In this document: positions 38,939-49,313 of the stretch, piece after piece
How the letters are laid out: every line of letters starts with the position of its first letter
How positions within the stretch are numbered: the first letter of the stretch is position 1
From: an uncultured Pseudomonadales bacterium
Lineage (GTDB): Bacteria; Patescibacteriota; Microgenomatia; UBA1400; UBA12028
DNA: 64,000 nt
NCBI GenBank assembly: GCA_964635905.1
Contig: CAZWPK010000003.1
Coordinates: 2,459-66,458, forward strand
Reading direction: 5' to 3'
Notes under the pieces: generated by a model
Database searches by the model: none
The model's input: only the letters and a program-made list of their open reading frames with translations
What the model was told of the DNA's origin: nothing
Program-made: the position numbers and the translations under genes

Positions 38939-40591
38939 TTATTGTGGTCCACGCAAATACACAGCTCTCCACGGAACATAGGTGGTTTTAAAGGTTTGTT
39001 CTTTCTTCTCTCCAGATGGATACGTCACCACATAGTCAAAGGAAGTGTTTAATCCAGGGGCTGCATATTCCACTTGTTTAATTTGACCAGGTTTGAGTGT
39101 GGGATCGTCTTGATAGACGGCGGCTGGAGCTGGTCGAGCACCCCATTGTTTATAATTTACGATTTCTGCTTTCCTCCCATCAGATTTACCATACAGCTCC
39201 ACATACATATATGTTTTTTTCGCATTGGCTACCGCGTTGATCAGAATTGGGGAATCAGTGTCGTTAACGAATCGCAAATCCGGATGTGGCGCATACACTG
39301 TGGCATCAAATCCAGGTTTACTGTTTTGCTCATAGTAGCTCACACGATACGAGTGACCACGCCGCTCGGTAATGGGAAGACCAGCATTCAGGATGGCACG
39401 AAAGAGAGTGGAGGAGACTTGGCAAACACCACCACCATCTCCGAGAACTGTTTGTCCTTCCTTGATGACATACGCTGGTTTAAAGCCAGTTTTGGCAGAC
39501 ACATCCCCTAAGAAGGCATTAAAGGAAAAGGTTTCTCCCGGTTGAATCAGCTTTGCGTGGATTTTTGAGGTGGTGAGTCCCACGTTATGGATACGATTCG
39601 CAATGGAGTGGGAGTAGGTACTTTCTCCAAAACCGATCTTTTCTTCGATCCCAATCGTGTTGGTTGAGGCAAGTGCGGTTTTTGGAGCCTGCGTCGTCAA
39701 TACCAGCGCAATCGGTTTTGGTTTTTCTCCCTGCTCAATTTTCTCTAGCGCTTCTTGAAGTAGTTTTTTGTTTTCGTTGGAATCCACACCGATTCCATCT
39801 TTTGGCGCAACGAATTTGGTCACAATACCATTGTCAATTGATAATTCTGGTTCGATAGGTACTGTACCAATATCTTTGGTGATGGAATCAAAAATTGTTT
39901 CCATGGCGCTGGTGGAATATCCGGTAGGAAGGGTAAGCAAGGAGAAGAGTTCAGACTGCGACAAACTTCGCGTGTAGTTTTTTGCTTGAAGAACTACTTT
40001 TGCACCCACAAACAGCTTTGCTCTATTCTCGGATGCGCTGAGCTGGTCCGGTGAAAGAACAGTTCCTGTTTCTAGAGTGACAATGGACGCGCTCGAGCTG
40101 GCATTTAGTTTGAGTGCTGCGATTATTTGTTGTGTTGCCTTGCGGTTGACTTCAACACCACGCTCACCTGGAGTAATGGTGTAGATCGGGGATTTTTTTT
40201 GATCCACCGTGATAGCGGGTGCAATCGCTGGTGTATCAATTGTGCGTGCAATTTGATCGATCCAACTTAAGACTTTTACTGTATCCAAGGGGTTATTTGG
40301 CAACGTTTCATCTGCAGAGAAAAGCAACTGTTTGATGATATCCACACCGTGTCGACTGGGCAGAAATTTGGTAATGGAGTCCTCCGAGGTTAGTGAAGCA
40401 CTCGGCGTAGCAAATTGTTGGTCTTGATAGTTAAGTGTGACCGTGGTTGGAAGAGTGGAGAGATCGTAATTTGCCTGACTGGATTGTTGACTGGCGGTAA
40501 ATGCGCCATCCGCAAAGGAACCGATGACAAACAACATCCCGATGATGATCACAACTGAAAGGAGAATGGTGAGGGGTTTTTGGCGTTGCAT
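38939..40591 (-). CDS. VanW-family protein with N-terminal signal anchor
   Basis: The VanW-like core is LIQPGETFSFNAFLGDVSAKTGF...GGGVCQVSSTLFRAILNAGLPITERRGHSYRVSYY. The likely start is the ATG at 40591 (MQRQKPLTILLSVVIIIGMLFV). The track gives a longer ORF, to 40768. Confidence 0.7.
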   Translation of the reverse strand: MQRQKPLTILLSVVIIIGMLFVIGSFADGAFTASQQSSQANYDLSTLPTTVTLNYQDQQFATPSASLTSEDSITKFLPSRHGVDIIKQLLFSADETLPNNPLDTVKVLSWIDQIARTIDTPAIAPAITVDQKKSPIYTITPGERGVEVNRKATQQIIAALKLNASSSASIVTLETGTVLSPDQLSASENRAKLFVGAKVVLQAKNYTRSLSQSELFSLLTLPTGYSTSAMETIFDSITKDIGTVPIEPELSIDNGIVTKFVAPKDGIGVDSNENKKLLQEALEKIEQGEKPKPIALVLTTQAPKTALASTNTIGIEEKIGFGESTYSHSIANRIHNVGLTTSKIHAKLIQPGETFSFNAFLGDVSAKTGFKPAYVIKEGQTVLGDGGGVCQVSSTLFRAILNAGLPITERRGHSYRVSYYEQNSKPGFDATVYAPHPDLRFVNDTDSPILINAVANAKKTYMYVELYGKSDGRKAEIVNYKQWGARPAPAAVYQDDPTLKPGQIKQVEYAAPGLNTSFDYVVTYPSGEKKEQTFKTTYVPWRAVYLRGPQ

Positions 40592-40664
40592 GCAGTACCA
40601 CGTTACTTCTGGTAGTGTACAATAGTACCAAGTTATTGTACCTGGTAACAATCCCACACTCACT

Positions 40665-42089
40665 ATGGAAAACGTGCCGACTTCTTCAACCCCTCCTGTA
40701 ACTGAATCTGTAGCGGAAGCAGTACCCGCTTTTGAGCCCCAAAAGCCTCCTCGCCCGTCATTACCCACCTTGCCGATTAAAAAGATAGTTATGGTTGTCG
40801 GAGTTTTGATTGTCCTCTTGCTTGTCGGGGTCGGAGCGATGTTTGCTCTGCGGATGGTGCAACAACGTCAGACGGCGCAGACCGATTCCAATCGTCAGAT
40901 CTCCTTAACTTACTGGGGACTTTGGGAAACCAACGATGCCTTAACGTCCGTTATCAAAGAATTTGAAAATCAAAACCCTGGGGTAACGATTCAATACTCT
41001 CCCCAATCTGCAAAAGATTATAACGAACGACTCCAAAGTGCCTGTGCACGATCACAGTGTCCCGATATCTTTCGTTTCCATTCAACCTGGACTGCTTCTT
41101 ATACCCAGAAGGAGTTATTAGCCCCAATTCCCGCAAAAGTCCTTTCCGCTAGTGCGTTTAACGAGCGCTACTATCCCTTCATGAGCACTGATCTGAAGAC
41201 CGCGCAGGGATATATGGGAATGCCGGTAATGTTAGATGGATTGGGTCTTTACGTGAACAAACGCATGCTGACTTCTTCAGGGAAGTCGGTCCCTGTAACC
41301 TGGGACGAGTTGCGCACCTTAGCTCGAGAGCTCACGGTACGCAATCAAGATGGTGCCCTTGAACGCGCAGGTATTTCTTTGGGAAGTGCAGAAAACGTGG
41401 ACCACTTTTCCGACATTCTTGCCATCTTAATTCTCCAAAATGGAGGGAACCCTGGAAAGCCGACGGAAGGAACTTTAGTGAGTGATGCGTTGACCTTTTA
41501 TACTCAGTTCTTCAAAGAAGATAAAGTGTGGGACGAAACCCTTCCCAATTCTACGTATGCCTTTGCCATTGAAAAATCAGCGATGTTGATAGCTCCTTCT
41601 TGGAGATCGTATGAAATTCGACAAATCAATCCGAATTTCGAATTTGAAATCTATCCTATCCCGCAGCTACCCGGGGATCCGGTAAACTGGGCAACGTACT
41701 GGGTAGAAGGGGTGTCTAAACAGTCGAAGGAACAAGAAACTGCTTGGAAATTCTTGGAATACCTTTCGCGTACGGAGACTCTTGAAAAACTTCATACCGG
41801 CATGAATGCCCAGCGCTTGCCTGCTGAGATTTATCCGCGTAAGGATATGGCAGACAAATTAATCAATGATAAATATATGGGTGCCTATGTCCGTCAGGCA
41901 TCAACAGCGAAGAGCTGGTATTTAGCTTCTCGAACCTTTGACAAAGGGATCAATGATGAACTGATTGCTTCCTACAAAGAGGCAATTACCTCTGTCAATA
42001 AAGGGTATGGGAGCCGACTAGATGACGTGATTAAGGCATTGGACGCAAGCGTAAGTACGGTACTGCAAAAGTACGGTATCCGTCCGTAA
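40665..42089 (+). CDS. ABC transporter extracellular solute-binding protein (family 1, sugar-type), membrane-anchored
   Basis: The protein has an N-terminal TM and the region LTYWGLWETNDALTSVIKEFENQNPGVTIQY. Confidence 0.65.
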   Translation: MENVPTSSTPPVTESVAEAVPAFEPQKPPRPSLPTLPIKKIVMVVGVLIVLLLVGVGAMFALRMVQQRQTAQTDSNRQISLTYWGLWETNDALTSVIKEFENQNPGVTIQYSPQSAKDYNERLQSACARSQCPDIFRFHSTWTASYTQKELLAPIPAKVLSASAFNERYYPFMSTDLKTAQGYMGMPVMLDGLGLYVNKRMLTSSGKSVPVTWDELRTLARELTVRNQDGALERAGISLGSAENVDHFSDILAILILQNGGNPGKPTEGTLVSDALTFYTQFFKEDKVWDETLPNSTYAFAIEKSAMLIAPSWRSYEIRQINPNFEFEIYPIPQLPGDPVNWATYWVEGVSKQSKEQETAWKFLEYLSRTETLEKLHTGMNAQRLPAEIYPRKDMADKLINDKYMGAYVRQASTAKSWYLASRTFDKGINDELIASYKEAITSVNKGYGSRLDDVIKALDASVSTVLQKYGIRP

Positions 42090-42268
42090 GCTACTTGGGT
42101 GTACTTACTTCCCAAGCTTCTCTGAATGAAATAATTCACGCAGATATACCGCACTATCTCCGCATGGGTTTTTGACTCTGGTACGATGTCTGGACATTGT
42201 GTGTCTATCTTGTGGGTTTGCTCGAGACAAATGATATACTATCCATTCTATTTCTAGTTTAGTTACGT

Positions 42269-42781
42269 ATGCCTTTTACTTACCCACCCTACCTCAAACC
42301 GCTGGAATACTACTCTTACACCCCACAAAAGGAAGTTATTGACCGTGCCAATCAGGCAAAAGAGAGCGGCAAGAAGATTGTGATTACTTCTGGAGTGTTT
42401 GATTTACTCCATGAGGCGCATCAAGCGTATCTTAAAAAAGCCAAGGAGCAGGGAGACTGGCTCATTGTGTTACTGGAATCAGATCTTCGCACGAAAGAAT
42501 TAAAAGGGGAGGATCGCCCGGTTTGGAACCAGGACAAGCGGAAAACAGAAATTCTGAAATTGGGCTTTGTCGATGATGTTCTTATTTTGCCTCCAGAATT
42601 TAAAAATCCTCTGCGTTATGAAGAAATCGTGATCCTGCTTGCTCCAGATGTCTATGCAGTTTCTGCAAACTCTGTTGCTCTCGATCACAAGACAAAGATG
42701 ATGCAAAAATACAATGGAGAAATGCGGATTGTGTTAGAAGCAGTAGAAGGAGTGTCTACAACTGAACTGTTAAAGAAGTAA
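42269..42781 (+). CDS. Cytidylyltransferase-like nucleotidyltransferase (HxGH family)
   Basis: The sequence IVITSGVFDLLHEAHQAYL carries the HxGH-type motif. The overall fold resembles RfaE domain II or glycerol-3-phosphate cytidylyltransferase. Confidence 0.6.
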   Translation: MPFTYPPYLKPLEYYSYTPQKEVIDRANQAKESGKKIVITSGVFDLLHEAHQAYLKKAKEQGDWLIVLLESDLRTKELKGEDRPVWNQDKRKTEILKLGFVDDVLILPPEFKNPLRYEEIVILLAPDVYAVSANSVALDHKTKMMQKYNGEMRIVLEAVEGVSTTELLKK

Positions 42782-42866
42782 AGTTTCGTCCAATCTTCTG
42801 CTTGAGTTTCTTCTGGTTTTTTTCTACGCTGTAGCTCTGCCAAAAACAGTTTGGCAAAGGAGTTGT

Positions 42867-43457
42867 ATGCGACAAGTTTTCTTTGATGTTGAAACCAAAA
42901 ATACCTTTGATGATGTGGGGGGATATTTTCCTAGTAAATTAGCTCCCTCTTTTGTGGGTGTCTGTGTTCGGGATGGAGCTGAGGGGGAAGGGGAAATGAT
43001 TCAAATCTGGGAGAATGACTTTTCCAAGCTCTGGCAGCTATTTGAAACAGCAGATCTGATCGTGGGATTTAATAGTATTAATTTTGATATGGAGGTCTTA
43101 CGGCCTCTCTATCCTGGGAACGTTGACGATTTTCCTCATTTAGACTTAATGGTTCGCTTCAAGGAAGCCACAGGTCATCGTATTTCACTGGATAGTATAG
43201 CTTTGGAGACATTGGGACGAGGAAAAACAGGTCATGGATTAGATGCGATTAAGTACTACAAAGAAGGTCGTCTTGATGAACTCGCCAAGTACTGTTTGAT
43301 GGACGTGGCGATAACGCGAGACATCTATGATTGGGGACGGGCCAAAGGAAGTCTAAAGTTTAAAAACAAATGGAACCGTCTCATTGAATCTCCCATCGAC
43401 TTTTCCTTTAATGCGCCACAGTTTGCAGGGACACAAATGACCCTACTAGGTATTTAA
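42867..43457 (+). CDS. RNase-H-like/DEDD 3'-5' exonuclease-like protein (hypothetical)
   Basis: FFDVETKNTF matches an Exo I DxE motif and GFNSINFDMEVL looks like Exo II. An AAAGGAG RBS is present. Confidence 0.45.
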   Translation: MRQVFFDVETKNTFDDVGGYFPSKLAPSFVGVCVRDGAEGEGEMIQIWENDFSKLWQLFETADLIVGFNSINFDMEVLRPLYPGNVDDFPHLDLMVRFKEATGHRISLDSIALETLGRGKTGHGLDAIKYYKEGRLDELAKYCLMDVAITRDIYDWGRAKGSLKFKNKWNRLIESPIDFSFNAPQFAGTQMTLLGI

Positions 43458-43466
43458 GAACACAGC

Positions 43467-43949
43467 ATGACTCTTTCTTCTAAACCAGCCAAACGTTGTC
43501 ACACTGTGTGTGCCTGGGCGGTTGATCAAGATCGAGTCTTGTTGGTCCAGCATAAGAAATTGGGTATGTGGTTGGCACCAGGTGGGCATGTGGAAGAGAA
43601 TGAATTACCACATCAGGCTGCCATTCGAGAGTTTAAGGAAGAAACTGGGTTAGACTGCACGATTCTGTCCCCCAATAGTTCTTTTGTTTCAGAATCGACA
43701 GAATATTTACCACTGCCGATGTTTTGCAATTTACATACCGTCAACAAACCCCGAGGGGACGGGTTTTGTGAGCAGCATTATGCCTGGGGATATGCAGTTC
43801 GAGTTCAAGGCGACACGACTCCAACCTCAACGGACGACGGGGTAACGGATATTGCCTGGGTCAAGCGGGAAGATCTATCTAACTATTCCTTAACAGCCGA
43901 AATTCTCCAAGAAGCACTCTTCATGCTAAATCATTTCCCATCCCATTAA
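43467..43949 (+). CDS. NUDIX hydrolase
   Basis: The Nudix box GGHVEENELPHQAAIREFKEETGL is present. Confidence 0.8.
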   Translation: MTLSSKPAKRCHTVCAWAVDQDRVLLVQHKKLGMWLAPGGHVEENELPHQAAIREFKEETGLDCTILSPNSSFVSESTEYLPLPMFCNLHTVNKPRGDGFCEQHYAWGYAVRVQGDTTPTSTDDGVTDIAWVKREDLSNYSLTAEILQEALFMLNHFPSH

Positions 43950-43997
43950 TTTGGGGATATCCGGTATAATTGTCCCTCTAGAAAAGTAAAGGGTTCT

Positions 43998-44747
43998 ATG
44001 GGGAAACTTACAATTCAAAACCTTCACGTATCGATTCAAGATAAAGAAATCCTTCACGGCGTAGATTTGGAGATTAAACCAGGAGAGATCCATGCGGTCA
44101 TGGGTCCTAATGGGAGTGGAAAGAGTACGCTTGCCTATACCTTAGCAGGTCACCCTTTTTATTCCATTACCAAAGGTTCTATTCAAATGGATGACGAGGT
44201 TCTCAATGAGAAGTCTCCCGATGAACGCGCAGTTTCAGGTCTCTTTCTTGCCTTTCAATATCCTACAGAAGTAGCCGGGGTTCGGGTGAATAATTTCTTA
44301 AAGGTTGCTTATCAGCAACGCTTTGCCAATGATCCGTCAAAGAAATTTCCTACCGTTCTCGCTTTTCGAAAACATTTAGAGTCCCTCGCAGAGAGTCTCA
44401 ATGTCAAAAAAGAGTTACTCACACGGGGGTTGAATGAAGGCTTTTCAGGTGGAGAAAAAAAACGATTAGAAATTCTCCAGATGGCCGTCTTAGAACCAAA
44501 ATACGCCATCTTAGATGAGACCGACTCAGGACTCGACGTGGATGCCATTCAAGCTGTAGCAGCGGGAGCAAAACAAATTGTCAAAGAGCATCACACTGGA
44601 GTATTAATTATCACGCATTATCAACGTATCTTGCAGTTCTTGGAACCAGATTTTGTTCACGTGATGGTCAATGGCAAGATTGCCCAGAGTGGGGGACGAG
44701 AGTTTGCCCAGGCTTTAGAAAAAGACGGTTACAAAAAGTATATCTAA
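43998..44747 (+). CDS. sufC: Fe-S cluster assembly ATPase SufC
   Basis: The ABC ATPase has Walker A (GPNGSGKST), an LSGGEKKR signature and an ILDETDSGLD motif. Confidence 0.9.
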   Translation: MGKLTIQNLHVSIQDKEILHGVDLEIKPGEIHAVMGPNGSGKSTLAYTLAGHPFYSITKGSIQMDDEVLNEKSPDERAVSGLFLAFQYPTEVAGVRVNNFLKVAYQQRFANDPSKKFPTVLAFRKHLESLAESLNVKKELLTRGLNEGFSGGEKKRLEILQMAVLEPKYAILDETDSGLDVDAIQAVAAGAKQIVKEHHTGVLIITHYQRILQFLEPDFVHVMVNGKIAQSGGREFAQALEKDGYKKYI

Positions 44748-44755
44748 CACACCAC

Positions 44756-46186
44756 ATGTCAAGATTTGCCTCAAAACACACCGATACACTCACCGATCAA
44801 GCGATTCCGGATGATTATGCCGCGGGTTTTTCCTTTCCTACCGATTCCTATGCCTTCATCAGCAAACCAGGATTAAGCAAGAGAGTGGTGGAAGAACTAT
44901 CGCATATCAAAGAAGAACCAGAATGGATGTTGGAGTATCGTCTCAAAGCACTGGAACACTTCAATGCTATGACTGTTCCCACCTGGGGAGCTGATTTGTC
45001 TGGCATTGAGTATGAAAAAATCCATTATTACCTCCGTCCCACGGACAAGTCCGTAAGCTCCTGGGATGATGTGCCCAAGGATGTCAAAGCCACCTTTGAT
45101 AAGTTGGGTATTCCGCAGGCTGAACGCGAAGTACTTGCTGGAGTTAAAGCCCAGTATGACTCGGAAGTTGTCTACGGTTCATTACAAAAAGTTTGGGAAA
45201 ACGAAGGGGTCGTCTTTCTATCGATGGACGAAGGGCTTAAGCAGTATCCAGATTTAGTACAACAGTATTTCGGTAAAATTATTCCTGCGGCGGATAATAA
45301 ATTTGCCGCCCTCAATGCGGCTGTGTGGTCCGGAGGATCCTTTGTCTATGTTCCTAAAGGGGTTCAGGTCAAGATGCCACTTCAAACCTACTTCCGAATC
45401 AACTCTCCCTATGCCGGTCAGTTTGAACGAACACTGATCATTGTGGATGAAGGAGCGAGTGTGCAGTATGTGGAAGGATGCACGGCTCCCTCATTTTCCA
45501 CCAACTCCTTACATTCCGCCGTCGTGGAGATTTTTGTGAAAAAAGGGGCACGGTGCCAATACACCACCATCCAAAACTGGTATAAAAATATTTACAACTT
45601 GGTTACCAAGCGTTCTCATGTGGGTGAAGAGGGAACAATGGTCTGGACTGACTTTAACATGGGCAGTAAAGTCACCATGAAGTATCCCGGTTTCATATTA
45701 GCTGGTAAGGGTGCACGGGGAGAGACTCTCTCGATGGCATTAGCGGGGGCAGGACAGCATCAAGATACTGGTTCCAAAGCTATTCATTTAGCCCCACATA
45801 CAAGTTCTACGATTATCTCGAAATCGATTAGCAAGGACGGTGGACGAACCAGTTACCGAGGCATGGTAGTGGTAAGTCCTGCGGCAACCCAGAGTAAAAA
45901 CACTGTTGTCTGTGACGCAATGCTTTTAGATTCCATATCCCGGTCGGACACCTATCCAACTGATCGTATTCTCAATGATCAGGTTGAGATTCAGCATGAG
46001 GCAACCGTGAGTAAAATTGGAGACGAGCAGCTCTTTTATCTGATGAGTCGAGGAATTAGTGAAGAAGATGCGCGGAAGATGATCGTCAATGGATTCATTG
46101 ATGACTTGGTGCGCAAACTTCCCTTAGAGTATGCGGTGGAAATGAACCGACTCATTGATCATGAGATGGAGGGCAGTATTGGCTAA
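44756..46186 (+). CDS. sufB: Fe-S cluster assembly protein SufB
   Basis: The protein is 476 aa and follows sufC. A conserved SufB beta-helix C-terminus is present. Confidence 0.9.
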   Translation: MSRFASKHTDTLTDQAIPDDYAAGFSFPTDSYAFISKPGLSKRVVEELSHIKEEPEWMLEYRLKALEHFNAMTVPTWGADLSGIEYEKIHYYLRPTDKSVSSWDDVPKDVKATFDKLGIPQAEREVLAGVKAQYDSEVVYGSLQKVWENEGVVFLSMDEGLKQYPDLVQQYFGKIIPAADNKFAALNAAVWSGGSFVYVPKGVQVKMPLQTYFRINSPYAGQFERTLIIVDEGASVQYVEGCTAPSFSTNSLHSAVVEIFVKKGARCQYTTIQNWYKNIYNLVTKRSHVGEEGTMVWTDFNMGSKVTMKYPGFILAGKGARGETLSMALAGAGQHQDTGSKAIHLAPHTSSTIISKSISKDGGRTSYRGMVVVSPAATQSKNTVVCDAMLLDSISRSDTYPTDRILNDQVEIQHEATVSKIGDEQLFYLMSRGISEEDARKMIVNGFIDDLVRKLPLEYAVEMNRLIDHEMEGSIG

Positions 46187-46187
46187 T

Positions 46188-46688
46188 ATGAAACCGATTC
46201 AGCCCGAGGCAATCCTTACCACAGTTACCCACGATGCAACAAAACTGACTCTCACACAATCGGGAAACTATCGAGTGGAGATTGTTGAGAGTGGCGCAAG
46301 CGTGCAGATTGATGGTCGATTTTTAACGCGTCAATCCGAAGAAATTCATATCAACTTAACCATCGTACATAAAGCTGCGCACACCCGTGCGAACACCATG
46401 CTTAAAGGAGTAGCCTTAGGATCCAGTAAAATCCGTTTTTTTGGACGCATTATTATCGAGGAGAATTGTGGGGATACGCAATCGTTTCTGGAAGAACGTA
46501 TTTTGCTTCTTTCCGATTCCGCAAAAGTGGAAGCTATTCCAGAGTTAGAAATTTTAACGGATGATGTGAAGTGCTCCCACGCGGCGAGCATTTCAAGAAT
46601 TCCTCAGGAGCATCTCTTCTATTTGCAAAGCAGAGGCATCCCATTAAATAAAGCTCAAGACCTAATTGTTGAAGGATTTTTGGAGTAG
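46188..46688 (+). CDS. sufD: SufD, short form (C-terminal beta-helix region only)
   Basis: The ATG lies 1 nt after the sufB stop. The C-terminal region reads HAASISRIPQEHLFYLQSRGIPLNKAQDLIVEGF, typical of SufB/D. The protein is only about 166 aa. Confidence 0.65.
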   Translation: MKPIQPEAILTTVTHDATKLTLTQSGNYRVEIVESGASVQIDGRFLTRQSEEIHINLTIVHKAAHTRANTMLKGVALGSSKIRFFGRIIIEENCGDTQSFLEERILLLSDSAKVEAIPELEILTDDVKCSHAASISRIPQEHLFYLQSRGIPLNKAQDLIVEGFLE

Positions 46689-46715
46689 GTGCAGGCTTCT
46701 TGATACAATACAGGA

Positions 46716-47945
46716 ATGTTTGACCCTTTATTGCTTCGAGCGGACTTTCCCATTCTTTCCAATCCCCATCCCAGTGGACATCCATTGGTGTACTTGGATA
46801 GCGCTGCCACCAGTCAGAAGCCTCAAGCCGTCATCGATGCAATCGTAGAGTATTACAAGACAAGTAATGCCAATATTCATCGTGGAATTCATTTCCTAGG
46901 GGATCAATCAACCAAGAATTGGCATGCCGCCCGACAGACTGTCGCTTCTTTTTTTGGGTGTAGTGAAGAGGAGTTGGTGTTGGTTCGCAATACCACCGAA
47001 GCGCTCAATGCCATCGCGATCTCCTGGGGAGAACAGCATCTTCGTGCTGGTGCGACTATTCTGGCCACACAGCTGGAACACCACAGTAATTTAGTCCCCT
47101 GGCAGCAGTTATGTAAACGTAAAGGAACCTCTCTGGAACCAATCCCGGTATTGCCAGACGGCACCTTGGATCAAGCATGGTTGGAGCATCGGCTAGAAGA
47201 TACTAGTCGTCCGGTTCAATTACTTGCGCTGTCCCATGTGTCAAATACCCTGGGTACGATCAATCCCATCCAAGAAATGGGAAAACTGGCAAAGAAACAT
47301 GGAGTAACGGTAGTCGTTGATGGAGCGCAGGCTGCACCACACCTTCCAATTCGCTTTGACAGTCTACCGGTAGATTTCTACGCAGTGTCGGCTCATAAGA
47401 TGTTAGGTCCAATGGGAATCGGTGGATTATTAGTGAAGAAAGACGTACTCACAACTCTTGAGCCCTGGTTGTTCGGGGGAGGCATGATTGATCGGGTTGA
47501 GGACACAAGAGCAACGTTTGCAGAAGATCTGGTTGATCGTTTTACTGCAGGTACCCCAGACGTTGCGGGAATTGTAGGGTGGGCTGCTGCGTGCACGTAT
47601 CTTGAGGGTTTGGGGATGTCTCATGTTGCGGCACACGATGAACAACTTGTTATGTATGCAATCGAACAGTTAGCACATAATAGTCGTGTCAAGTTGGTAG
47701 GACCACGATCACAGCGCTGTGGATCGGTAGCTTTTGTGTACGAGGGAGTTCATGCCCACGACGTTGCTCAAATCTTAGATAGCGAGGGAATAGCGGTTCG
47801 TTCTGGTCATCACTGTACGATGCCACTGCATACTCATATGAAGTGGGGAGCAACGACGCGGATTAGTTTTAATGTATATACCTCGACAGCCGATATTGAT
47901 TGTTTAGTAGAAGCCCTCTCTAAAGTAGACACTATTTTTTCCTAA
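46716..47945 (+). CDS. sufS: Cysteine desulfurase SufS (class V aminotransferase)
   Basis: The PLP-lysine region reads VDFYAVSAHKMLGPMGIGGL and the C-terminal RSGHHC motif is present. Confidence 0.85.
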   Translation: MFDPLLLRADFPILSNPHPSGHPLVYLDSAATSQKPQAVIDAIVEYYKTSNANIHRGIHFLGDQSTKNWHAARQTVASFFGCSEEELVLVRNTTEALNAIAISWGEQHLRAGATILATQLEHHSNLVPWQQLCKRKGTSLEPIPVLPDGTLDQAWLEHRLEDTSRPVQLLALSHVSNTLGTINPIQEMGKLAKKHGVTVVVDGAQAAPHLPIRFDSLPVDFYAVSAHKMLGPMGIGGLLVKKDVLTTLEPWLFGGGMIDRVEDTRATFAEDLVDRFTAGTPDVAGIVGWAAACTYLEGLGMSHVAAHDEQLVMYAIEQLAHNSRVKLVGPRSQRCGSVAFVYEGVHAHDVAQILDSEGIAVRSGHHCTMPLHTHMKWGATTRISFNVYTSTADIDCLVEALSKVDTIFS

Positions 47946-47947
47946 CT

Positions 47948-48319
47948 ATGGATGATCTGTATTTAGACACCATTCTTGATTTGTATAAACACCCGCAGCA
48001 TGCCGGATGGCTAGCAGAAGACCCAATGTACCTACGAAAGTGCGCCTCTGCGATCAATGCAAGTTGCGGAGATCATTTTGAAGTGGCACTTCATATTCAG
48101 GATCACATCATCAGAGATGCAAAATGGCGTGGGCAGGGGTGTGCTATTAGTTCTGCTGCGATGGATCAAGTATGCGGATGGATGATTGGGAAAGACGTTT
48201 CAGCGTTGCAATCACTTACAAAGCAGACAATCTTAGAGCTTCTAGGACTGGACACGATTATCCCAGCAAGAGAGAAATGTGCTTTCTTATCACTGCATTT
48301 GCGGTTTATTGACGATTAA
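47948..48319 (+). CDS. sufU: SufU/IscU-like Fe-S scaffold/sulfur acceptor
   Basis: The NifU-like N-terminus has conserved Cys (SCGDHFEV, GQGCAISSA). Confidence 0.75.
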   Translation: MDDLYLDTILDLYKHPQHAGWLAEDPMYLRKCASAINASCGDHFEVALHIQDHIIRDAKWRGQGCAISSAAMDQVCGWMIGKDVSALQSLTKQTILELLGLDTIIPAREKCAFLSLHLRFIDD

Positions 48320-48536
48320 CAAATGTTACTAGAGGTTCGATCGCGCTGATTATATCCGTAACTGCCTTTTCAGCTTTTTCCTCGTCTCCAACCACCTGAC
48401 ACTTTAAGAAAGGTCTATCCATTGAAAGTCGTAGGGCACCTTCGTGCTTTGTTAAGATTTCTTCAGCTTTTTTTAAAACCATCGTTCCTGCTGCTTGATC
48501 ATGTGATCTAAAAAAAAGAACAATCTCTTTGGCCAT
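48306..48536 (-). CDS. Small hypothetical protein (about 76 aa)
   Basis: A GGGAAAGG RBS precedes the ATG at 48536 (MAKEIVLFF...). The track start is a TTG at 48569. The ORF overlaps the sufU end convergently. Confidence 0.3.
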   Translation of the reverse strand: MAKEIVLFFRSHDQAAGTMVLKKAEEILTKHEGALRLSMDRPFLKCQVVGDEEKAEKAVTDIISAIEPLVTFVNRQ

Positions 48537-48728
48537 GGTTGCCTTTCCCATAGCTAAGCTACTCCACAAAATGCATAGTGAAGTTGTTTAGATATGTACC
48601 ACTCCTATTGGAAATACTGGTGCTATTTTCACTCTGGATCGAAGATGTGTCAACCCTATATCTTTAGCAATGCTTTTTAATGTTTTGTCTGCTGGAGAAG
48701 CATAGCCGCGGAGGGTATACTACCGCGT

Positions 48729-49298
48729 ATGTACATTGCTGTTGGCTCTACGAATGTTGTTAAAATCAATGCAGTTATTCAAGCGGTAACGCATGAATGG
48801 CCCGATGCGGTGATAGAGGGCTTTGATACCGATACCGGAGTATCAGCACAGCCGCGCTCCGATCATGAAACTTTTTTAGGTTCTCGTAATCGAGCCAGTC
48901 GTGCACTGGAAGCGATGCTGGCTAGTAAGGGGGACAGTATCCCTACCGATAATTCTGAGCTGTTAGGTGTGGGACTTGAAGGAGGAGTGGATGAAACAGA
49001 GGACGGGATGCTCAATGTCGTCTGGTGTAGTGTGGTTGATCGGGAAGGCCGCTTCTTTTCATCCTCGGGGGCACGTTTCCTACTCGACGATGAGTTGGCC
49101 TCTAGAATTCTGATGGGCGAGGAGATGGGTCCGATCATGGATACTTTGATTCAAGACAAGGATGTCAAGAAAAAACAAGGGATGATCGGAGTCGTCACTC
49201 AGGATTTTTTCTCCCGAACCGATGAATATGCATCCATTGCTCGGTTAACAATTGGCTTGTGGTTTGGCCGAAACTGGCGACAAAAATATCAAATTTGA
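48729..49298 (+). CDS. Inosine/xanthosine triphosphatase family (YjjX/DUF84 non-canonical purine NTPase)
   Basis: The start MYIAVGSTNVVKINAV matches the YjjX N-terminus. Confidence 0.65.
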   Translation: MYIAVGSTNVVKINAVIQAVTHEWPDAVIEGFDTDTGVSAQPRSDHETFLGSRNRASRALEAMLASKGDSIPTDNSELLGVGLEGGVDETEDGMLNVVWCSVVDREGRFFSSSGARFLLDDELASRILMGEEMGPIMDTLIQDKDVKKKQGMIGVVTQDFFSRTDEYASIARLTIGLWFGRNWRQKYQI

Positions 49299-49313
49299 TC
49301 TATACTTACAAAC

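Noticed and set aside
46155-46187. The SufD start at 46155 overlapping the end of sufB
   Set aside because: The ATG at 46188, 1 nt after the sufB stop, gives the typical coupled operon junction. The upstream extension (MIMRWRAVLAN) lies inside sufB.
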